NCBI GenBank assembly: GCA_029564765.1
Contig: JAKQPK010000013.1
Coordinates: 125,753 to 189,752 of the forward strand
Direction of reading: 5' to 3'
From: Candidatus Omnitrophota bacterium
GTDB lineage: Bacteria > Omnitrophota > Gorgyraeia > Zapsychrales > Aceulaceae
Length of the DNA: 64,000 bases
In this document: positions 57,929 to 64,000 of the stretch, one piece after another
How positions within the stretch are numbered: position 1 is the first letter of the stretch
How the letters are laid out: the number at the start of each line of letters is the position of its first letter
Made by a program: the position numbers and the translations under genes
Notes under the pieces: generated by a model
The model's input: only the letters and a program-made list of their open reading frames with translations
Told to the model about the DNA's origin: nothing
The model's database searches: none

Positions 57929-59473
57929 ATGAAAAGGCGAACATTTTCTTCTATGCTCTCATCATCATTTTTTCTCTACGTCCTGTCAGCTGTTTTACTT
58001 ATCCTGTCTTTTCCGCGTTTTAATTTCTGGCCTTTAGCCTGGGTCGCCTTAGTCCCTTTGATGTTCGCTTTGGACGGTCGAGGACGGGGTATGTCATTTC
58101 GCATCGGCTATCTTTGCGGGATCCTTTTTTTTGGCGCGATGCTTCTGTGGCTCTGTTTTGTGACATGCCTTGGAACAGTTCTTTTCGTCCTTTATTTAGC
58201 GCTGTATTTTGGGCTCTTTAGCTTAGGTTACCATTATTGTTCACGCACGCATTTTTCAGCGCGGCTTATTTTGATTCCTTGCTTGTGGGTGGCCTTAGAA
58301 TACGCGCGCGCTCAGGTGCTCACGGGATTTGGATGGGTCCTTTTAGGGCACACACAATCTTCCAACCTTGCTATGATCCAGATCGCGGATACCGTTGGTG
58401 TCTATGGTATCTCGTTTTTGATCGTGATGGTCAATGTGTGGGTCAAAGAGGGCTGGTCACGCGCGGCAGAGCGCCGATCATATGATCGATTATTTCTTGC
58501 TGCCAGCGCGTTCGTTATTTTATTATTAGCTATAAGCTATGTGTATGGCGTGTTCCAGCTAAGAAAAGAATATCAAGGGCCTTCATTGAGGGTTGGATTG
58601 GCCCAGGGTAACATTTCTCTTGAAAAGCGTTGGCATCCCAAGGCTTGGCCTCTGATCCTCAAAGATCATCTTGATCTTTCAGAAAGGTTGGCTGATCAGG
58701 GAGCAGATCTGATCGTTTGGCCTGAATCCGCGTACCCTGGTTATCCCTGGGAAGATCCAAAGCTTTTCGAGGCGCTGCAGGATTCTATCCGTCAGCAAGG
58801 CGTAGCGCACTTGATCGGTGTCGTTACAAAGGAGGGCGCGGATTATTTTAACGCGGCGATCGCCTTTGATCCTCAAGGGCGCATCGTTGATAGCTATCAT
58901 AAAATGCGTCTTGTTCCTTTCGGAGAATTTATCCCGCTGCGCGAACGATTACCTTTTTTATCTCAGATCGTGCCGATCGATGATTTTACTCCCGGCCAGG
59001 AGTTCGTTGTTCTCGAGGCTTTGGATGGACAAAAGAAAGCAAAGTATCTTTATTCTGTTTTGATCTGTTTTGAGGACACTGTGCCGGATGTGGCGCGAAA
59101 TTTTGTGCGTAAGGGTGCTCATTTTCTGGTCAATATCAGCAATGACGCCTGGTTCGGGGATACCCGGGAGCCATGGTTGCATTTGCAGAATGCTGTCTTC
59201 CGCAGCATTGAGAATCGAAGGTTCTTGGTGCGCTGCGGCAATGTCGGTATTAGCTGTCTTGTGGACCCTTGGGGCCGCGTCACATCAGCGGTTGCGGATT
59301 CCGCGGGCAAAATGACCTACGTGCCAGGCGTGAGCGTCGCGGATGTTGGCGTGCTCAGATCCCAGACGCTGTACACAAAGTTTGGAGATTGGTTTGCATA
59401 TTTTTGTATAAGCGGTATACTAATGTGGATAGTCACGGTTATTCTCCGATATCAAAAGAAAAAGAATGCGTAA
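57929..59473 (+). CDS. lnt: Apolipoprotein N-acyltransferase
   Basis: GFGW..LG..Q, QGNI, VWPESA, YHKMRLVPFGE, LICFED and SNDAWF. Confidence 0.95.
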   Translation: MKRRTFSSMLSSSFFLYVLSAVLLILSFPRFNFWPLAWVALVPLMFALDGRGRGMSFRIGYLCGILFFGAMLLWLCFVTCLGTVLFVLYLALYFGLFSLGYHYCSRTHFSARLILIPCLWVALEYARAQVLTGFGWVLLGHTQSSNLAMIQIADTVGVYGISFLIVMVNVWVKEGWSRAAERRSYDRLFLAASAFVILLLAISYVYGVFQLRKEYQGPSLRVGLAQGNISLEKRWHPKAWPLILKDHLDLSERLADQGADLIVWPESAYPGYPWEDPKLFEALQDSIRQQGVAHLIGVVTKEGADYFNAAIAFDPQGRIVDSYHKMRLVPFGEFIPLRERLPFLSQIVPIDDFTPGQEFVVLEALDGQKKAKYLYSVLICFEDTVPDVARNFVRKGAHFLVNISNDAWFGDTREPWLHLQNAVFRSIENRRFLVRCGNVGISCLVDPWGRVTSAVADSAGKMTYVPGVSVADVGVLRSQTLYTKFGDWFAYFCISGILMWIVTVILRYQKKKNA

Positions 59474-59882
59474 GAATTCCCTGGTGTTAGTTATTCTTTT
59501 CTGGTGTGAGATCATTTTCGCGGCACGGATCCTGGCCGGCGCGCTTGGGTTTTGGTGGGCGCGCAGTGTTGGTGTTGAGCATCTAGCTTTTGCGCCGGAT
59601 GCTGTTACGCTGACCCTTGTTAGCTTGTTGGCCGCTCTTTATTTTTTGGCAGGATCCGCGGGCCTGCAAGGGCGAGCGGCGGTCCGTTTTCTTCATGTAG
59701 CAGCGGCTTTGGCCACGCTGGTGGTCTGTTCGCGCTGGCTTTCCGTGAGCATCATGAACAATAGGTCTGTGAATATCTTTTCTTTAGCCTTTATTTTTTA
59801 TTCTTTGTGGGCCATTTATTTTTTCACTTTCCGGCCCTTAAAAGGGATGTCCGTTAACCAAGGAGCAAGAGAACATGCCTAA
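59466..59882 (+). CDS. Hypothetical membrane protein (~4 TM)
   Basis: Hydrophobic 138-aa ORF overlapping both neighbours in operon fashion. Confidence 0.6.
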   Translation: MRKNSLVLVILFWCEIIFAARILAGALGFWWARSVGVEHLAFAPDAVTLTLVSLLAALYFLAGSAGLQGRAAVRFLHVAAALATLVVCSRWLSVSIMNNRSVNIFSLAFIFYSLWAIYFFTFRPLKGMSVNQGAREHA

Positions 59883-60246
59883 AACAATTTTGGTTGTTGA
59901 CGATGATAAGGGTTTGATCAAGATGCTGGAAACAGGCCTTGGCGCTAAAGGGTATACTGTCTTGGCTGCCAATACAGGAGAAGGTGGTTTGCAGATCGCC
60001 CAGAACAAAGCCGTGGATTTGATCCTGCTGGATGTGATCTTGCCGGGCGTCAAGGGCCGGCAGGTGTGCGCGACGCTGAAAGCAAACCCCGCGACCAAGG
60101 ATATTCCGGTCGTTTTTCTGACATCAAAGAATTCTCCGGATGACGTAAAGGCTGAGTTAGCGGCTGGAGCGATTGCGCATATTACAAAGCCGGTGGACCT
60201 AAACGAACTTTTTAAGAAACTGGAAGAAGTGCTTCCGGCGAAATAA
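59875..60246 (+). CDS. Single-domain response regulator (CheY-like receiver)
   Basis: ILVVDDD, DLILLDVILP, IPVVFLT and ITKP. Confidence 0.93.
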   Translation: MPKTILVVDDDKGLIKMLETGLGAKGYTVLAANTGEGGLQIAQNKAVDLILLDVILPGVKGRQVCATLKANPATKDIPVVFLTSKNSPDDVKAELAAGAIAHITKPVDLNELFKKLEEVLPAK

Positions 60247-60263
60247 TAAATTGAGGTATTTGT

Positions 60264-60746
60264 ATGGAGATCCAAGCGGTCAATGTTCAAAAGCCTGATG
60301 ATGTGAACGTGATCATCGGGCAGGCGCATTTTATCAAGACAGTTGAAGACCTTTATGAGGCGATCATCGCAGCGGCGGCGGGAATACAATTCGGGATCGC
60401 GTTTTGTGAGGCTTCGGGCGCGTGCAAGATCCGCGTCGAAGGGAATAATGACGCCTTAAAGAAGGTCGCCGCTGATAACGCGCTTGCGATCGGAGCTGGA
60501 CACAGCTTTGTGGTGGCCTTAACCCAAGGATTTCCTATTAATATTTTAAACCAGATCAAAAATCTGCAGGAAGTTTGCACCATCTTTGCCGCGACCGCCA
60601 ATCCACTACAAGTGATCGTTGCTGATAACGGTAGCGGCCGGGGGATCCTAGGTGTCATCGACGGCTTGAAGCCTCAAGGTGTGGAGGGGCCTCAGGACGC
60701 GCAGTGGAGGCATGATCTTCTGCGCAAGATCGGCTATAAAAGATAA
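60264..60746 (+). CDS. Adenosine-specific kinase family (AMP-binding) protein
   Basis: NVIIGQAHFIKTVEDL, FGIAFCEASG, GAGHSF, ATANP, GRGILGVIDG and IGYKR. Confidence 0.88.
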   Translation: MEIQAVNVQKPDDVNVIIGQAHFIKTVEDLYEAIIAAAAGIQFGIAFCEASGACKIRVEGNNDALKKVAADNALAIGAGHSFVVALTQGFPINILNQIKNLQEVCTIFAATANPLQVIVADNGSGRGILGVIDGLKPQGVEGPQDAQWRHDLLRKIGYKR

Positions 60747-60751
60747 TATCC

Positions 60752-61684
60752 ATGACTATTAACGAACGTATCAAGATGTTTAAGCGGGCGATAGCCCGTC
60801 AAGGGCTTTACGCGACAACTTTTGTTTTAACGCGCCTTCCGTATCCTTTTGTTCGGGTAATGACACGATGGTTCATCGCTCTGGGTTTTTTGTTCGTTGT
60901 GCGGCAGAAACAGATCGCCCGAGAAAGTTTAACGATCGCTTTTGGCCAGGAAAAGAGCCCGCAGCAAATAAAGTCGATCTTAAGGGAATGCTTCTCGAAT
61001 CTGGGTAAGGGCATGATCGAGCTGATCTATTTCATGGCGCACCCTGAGCTGATCACGCGTAATGTTGCGATCGAAGGAAAACATTATTTAGACGAAGCTT
61101 TCGCGCAAGGCAAAGGTGTTGTGGCCGTGAGCGCGCATTTTGGTAATTTTCCTTTGATGTTGTTATATCTGGCGCAGAGCGGTTACGGCACGCACGCGAT
61201 CATCCGCCAGACGCGGGATGAAAAGATCGAGAAATATTTTCAGAACCTGCGCAGCTCACTGGGGCTTCACACGATCTACAGTCACCCTAGGCAAGAATGC
61301 GTTTTGCAGTCGATCAAGGCCCTGCGCGGCAATGAACTTGTTTTTATTCCATTAGATCAGAACTTTGGGACGGGTGCGGGGGTTTTTGTTAATTTTTTTG
61401 GCCAGAAAGCCGCGACAGCCACGGGGCCGGTCGTCTTTGCTTTGCGCACAGGCTCTCCGATCGTGCCGATGTTCATTGTCCGAGAGAAGGACGACACCCA
61501 CAGGCTCATCATTGATGCGCCGTTGACCATTGAAAAACAAGTTGATGAAAAGCAAACGATAGCGCATAATGTTGCGCGTATCACACAGGTGATCGAGCGG
61601 TATATTCGTCAGTATCCTCAGGAATGGGGCTGGATGCATCGGCGATGGAAGAGCCGCCCGTCAGGAGAGAATACGCATGAATAA
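60752..61684 (+). CDS. Lipid A lauroyl/myristoyl (LpxL/HtrB family) acyltransferase
   Basis: SAHFGNF, LDQN, VNFFG..A.T..GP and P.EWGWMHRRWK. Confidence 0.88.
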   Translation: MTINERIKMFKRAIARQGLYATTFVLTRLPYPFVRVMTRWFIALGFLFVVRQKQIARESLTIAFGQEKSPQQIKSILRECFSNLGKGMIELIYFMAHPELITRNVAIEGKHYLDEAFAQGKGVVAVSAHFGNFPLMLLYLAQSGYGTHAIIRQTRDEKIEKYFQNLRSSLGLHTIYSHPRQECVLQSIKALRGNELVFIPLDQNFGTGAGVFVNFFGQKAATATGPVVFALRTGSPIVPMFIVREKDDTHRLIIDAPLTIEKQVDEKQTIAHNVARITQVIERYIRQYPQEWGWMHRRWKSRPSGENTHE

Positions 61685-61838
61685 GATCTTATTGGGTTTG
61701 GCTGGATTAGCTGTCCTTATATTCGGCTTGGTGTTGATCGTTAAATTTTGGCCGCAGACCGTTATGCTATTTCAGGCTGTGGTTGGTATATTGGTCGCGA
61801 TCATTGGTCTTGTTATGATGTCGGTCGCGCGCGATTAA
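61677..61838 (+). CDS. Small two-TM membrane protein (53 aa; not in ORF track)
   Basis: AGGAG SD; MNKILLGLAGLAVLIFGLVLIVKFWPQTVMLFQAVVGILVAIIGLVMMSVARD. Confidence 0.65.
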   Translation: MNKILLGLAGLAVLIFGLVLIVKFWPQTVMLFQAVVGILVAIIGLVMMSVARD

Positions 61839-61875
61839 TTGAACATTGATCATTATTAATCATAAGGAGACAAAG

Positions 61876-61959
61876 ATGGGAAAAAGACAAAGACGTGGAA
61901 AATTAGCTTGGCGTTCTAAGAAAGCCCGCCATGGCAAAAGCCCTTCCAAGGGGCATTAA
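61876..61959 (+). CDS. 27-aa basic peptide resembling ribosomal protein bL37
   Basis: TAAGGAG SD; MGKRQRRGKLAWRSKKARHGKSPSKGH. Confidence 0.6.
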   Translation: MGKRQRRGKLAWRSKKARHGKSPSKGH

Positions 61960-62131
61960 AGACCGTTTTTAGGTTGCGCGTTCTAGCTGGGAGAGCATAA
62001 TAAATATTTATGATCTTCCAGAAAGAACAAAAAGATAATGCTACAATATTTTCTGCTTGCATGATAGCAGTGCGCAGGCAATATCATCCAGATGAATTCA
62101 GTTGAATCTGCAAGATCGTCAGGGAGGGCGT

Positions 62132-62533
62132 ATGGATCGAAAAAAGAAAATGAGAAGCATTTTAGGAGCCATTGTTCTTGGGCTTTTTTGCCTGGGGACA
62201 ACAGGGTGCATCTATCTGGTCGCGGGAAGCGTGGGGGCCTTGGGCGGTTATGCCGTTAGCCCTGATACGGTCGAAGGCGAATCAGAATCTGATTATGAAA
62301 CCCTTTGGGACGCGGCTAATGAAGTGATCGGGATCATGGGGACCGTGAACCGTAAAGATTATAAGATGGGAACGATCGACGGGACCATCAGCAGCGCGCG
62401 GATCAGTGTTGACATGTCGCAGATCTCCTCAACCCAAGTCCGCTTGCGCGTCAAGGCGCGGAAAAACATGCTTCCGAACATTAAGATCGCTCAGGATGTG
62501 TTCGTGAAGATCAAGAACAGGGCAAGCCAGTAG
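62132..62533 (+). CDS. DUF3568-like lipoprotein
   Basis: GGAGG SD; lipobox TTGC followed by a Gly/Ala-rich stretch and an alpha/beta domain. Confidence 0.7.
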   Translation: MDRKKKMRSILGAIVLGLFCLGTTGCIYLVAGSVGALGGYAVSPDTVEGESESDYETLWDAANEVIGIMGTVNRKDYKMGTIDGTISSARISVDMSQISSTQVRLRVKARKNMLPNIKIAQDVFVKIKNRASQ

Positions 62534-62568
62534 GGTTGTTATTCTTCAAGAAAGCTTTGATCCAGCCG

Positions 62569-62596
62569 TTGACAAGTTAAGTAACTTTGGTACAAT
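62569..62596 (+). promoter_or_regulatory. sigma70 promoter of tRNA-Phe
   Basis: TTGACA-N16-TACAAT with TG extension. Confidence 0.8.
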
Positions 62597-62628
62597 GGGT
62601 ACTTTAATAACGGATCTGTATCGTGATT

Positions 62629-62701
62629 GCCGAGGTAGCTCAGTTGGTAGAGCGAAGGCCTGAAAAGCCTTGCGTCCCCAGTTCAATTCTGGGCCTCGGC
62701 A
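62629..62701 (+). tRNA. tRNA-Phe(GAA), CCA not encoded
   Basis: Acceptor GCCGAGG/CCTCGGC; D arm GCTC/GAGC; anticodon arm AAGGC-CTGAAAA-GCCTT; T loop TTCAATT. Confidence 0.97.
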
Positions 62702-62734
62702 TTTAATTTCCTTAGTGCGCGATCAGGCGAGATT

Positions 62735-62870
62735 AAAAGCCGTGCCATCGACCTTGGATAAAAGCTGAGGAAAGACGGCTCGGCACTTTTTCTTTAATGA
62801 AGGGTTTAGGGAGAAAAGCGCCGTGCAGTTTACCATAATTTAGGCTTGGGGAAACAGCTCGGCACTTTTT
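62735..62870 (+). repeat. Two 57-nt hairpin units with conserved ends downstream of tRNA-Phe
   Basis: AAAA(GC)GCCGTGC...GCTCGGCACTTTTT at 62735-62791 and 62814-62870. Confidence 0.75.
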
Positions 62871-62917
62871 ATTTTTGGTATTTTTCTTTTAAAAGTGATC
62901 AAAAAAAAGGGGATAAC

Positions 62918-63376
62918 ATGATCAAGCGTATGGGTCGATCGTTGGTCGGATGTGGAATCATGCTGCTATGCTCGCTCTGCGCTTTCGCGCAAAACGATGT
63001 GTTCGAAGACCTGCGCGGCCATTGGATCGTTGATATGGAAAAAACATTGGAATTGGTCAAGACCAGTCCGAAATACAGGCCAGAGGAAGAAGAGCGCATG
63101 CCCCAGATGATCAGGGCCATCATGGAGCGCATGTCTATCGAGGTCCAGGACAATAAGATCCTTTATTATCGAGGGATGTCAAAGGCAGAATCCGCAATGG
63201 TAACACCTTTTGAGGTGGACTCTGTCGACGGGAATGCGGTTCGATTAAGATGTGTAGATCCTTCCGGCCAGGATGTTTTTCTGACGTTGACATTGTTAAG
63301 CCCTGGACAGATGAATTTTAAGTCAAGCCAAACGAATGATTTTGATTATTATATCTGGAAAAAGGCGGAAGAATAA
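62918..63376 (+). CDS. Exported hypothetical protein (lipocalin-like beta pattern)
   Basis: AGGGG SD; signal peptide ending AFA; LRGHW (GxW) motif. Confidence 0.7.
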   Translation: MIKRMGRSLVGCGIMLLCSLCAFAQNDVFEDLRGHWIVDMEKTLELVKTSPKYRPEEEERMPQMIRAIMERMSIEVQDNKILYYRGMSKAESAMVTPFEVDSVDGNAVRLRCVDPSGQDVFLTLTLLSPGQMNFKSSQTNDFDYYIWKKAEE

Positions 63377-63407
63377 CGGCTTGTGCTAAGAGATTGAAAG
63401 GTAATTC

Positions 63408-63747
63408 GCTGGCGCCCCGAATTCTTCTGGAAAGAAAATAAGGAAATTCGGGACTGGCAAGCTTTTCAGAATTAATTGCGTGAATTGCTGGCGTGCCGAC
63501 TTTCTGAAGAAAAAGTGGAAGTACTTTTGCTGGCGCCCCGCACTTTTCTGGGAAAAATTTAGTAGTCGTGCGGGACTTGCAAATCTTTCTAGGCAAAAGA
63601 TTTTTGTAAATTTGCTGGCGTAGCTCAGTTGGCACCGACTTTTCCGAAAAAGATTTAGAAGGAAGTCGGCGCGCCAACTACTTCTCTGAAAAAAGAATTT
63701 AGGAAGAGTTGGCGTAGAGCAGCGCTTAAATAGCTTATACCGTAATT
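63408..63747 (+). repeat. Array of tRNA-Thr 5' fragments interrupted by ~40-nt hairpins
   Basis: GCTGGCG at 63408, 63487, 63529 and 63614; hairpins at 63415-63454, 63536-63576, 63633-63671 and 63672-63714. Confidence 0.8.
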
Positions 63748-63767
63748 AGTCTGTAGTGGGTTATCAC

Positions 63768-63840
63768 GCTGGCGTAGCTCAGTTGGTAGAGCAGCGCATT
63801 CGTAATGCGCGGGTCGGGGGTTCGATTCCTCTCGCCAGCT
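63768..63840 (+). tRNA. tRNA-Thr(CGT), CCA not encoded
   Basis: Acceptor GCTGGCG/CGCCAGC; anticodon arm GCGCA-TTCGTAA-TGCGC; T loop TTCGATT. Confidence 0.97.
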
Positions 63841-64000
63841 TAATTTGCGCTTAGGGTTGACAACGGTAAGTGTCGGGGGTCATCGTCTTTTCTAGCTGAA
63901 AGATTAGGATGAAGACGATGCGTCAGTTTCCGCCCGAAAAGAACTTGCGGAAAAACTGACGTCTCCCCGCTTCTTCTGGGTTTAAAGAGGAAGGATAGCG
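63841..64000 (+). repeat. tRNA-Thr 3'-half-like fragment interrupted by further ~40-nt hairpins (runs off window)
   Basis: GTCGGGGGT at 63872-63880, hairpins 63881-63920 and 63921-63961, then TC; another hairpin starts at 63965. Confidence 0.72.

Noticed and set aside
3432-58863. HIP1 octamer GCGATCGC seen at least nine times (3432, 15690, 16868, 21473, 24194, 39652, 41006, 50251, 58856)
   Set aside because: All nine are in-frame Ala-Ile-Ala (GCG ATC GCN), so codon choice explains them; true HIP1 occurs in all reading frames. Kept only as part of the general GATC bias.
62778-62870. tracrRNA-like tail (GGCAC...TTTTT)
   Set aside because: The resemblance is superficial; there is no anti-repeat and no cas9 or CRISPR array nearby.
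63318-63677. 119-aa minus-strand ORF
   Set aside because: It reads through the hairpin array with repetitive, non-protein-like content and is probably a chance open frame.
63408-63725. CRISPR array
   Set aside because: The only recurring identical piece is the 7-nt GCTGGCG, which is the tRNA-Thr 5' end. Spacing is irregular, the variable parts are themselves hairpins, and there are no cas genes in the window.

Overview
Bacterial chromosomal window from a diderm (bamD, lptE, lpxL-like, lnt). The gene repertoire and style suggest Candidatus Omnitrophota/PVC, which is an inference only. The backbone is housekeeping genes: pfpI, purH, folC, mnmE, mnmG, thiE, leuS, comEA/comEC, bamD-lptE-holA, rpsT, murJ, uvrC, a pilT-like gene, frameshifted prfB, secA, lnt, tRNA-Phe and tRNA-Thr. 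Six accessory or unusual regions stand out. (1) A ~16 kb glucan locus (6.4-22.4 kb) with two PilZ proteins, a GH94 phosphorylase, an unassigned outer-membrane barrel, a sugar ABC transporter, a clan GH-A hydrolase, a repeat-domain protein, a CBM-like lipoprotein, a long coiled-coil protein and LacI. (2) An ECF sigma/anti-sigma/Spy module with two visible cognate promoters. (3) A hemerythrin gene bracketed by a duplication of the leuS 3' end, followed by EndoQ and UvrD-like genes that both end in beta-clamp-type motifs. (4) A single ORF fusing a flavinylation (FMN-binding) domain, a NapH/NosR-type membrane domain and an AmmeMemoRadiSam-type radical SAM domain, next to a degenerate membrane SpeE-like protein and a DsbD-family protein. 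(5) An unannotated 27-aa bL37-like basic ORF. (6) At the right end, an intact tRNA-Thr nested among fragments of itself that are interrupted by ~40-nt bulged hairpins of similar shape but different sequence. All calls come from motif recognition by eye; no database searches were run.
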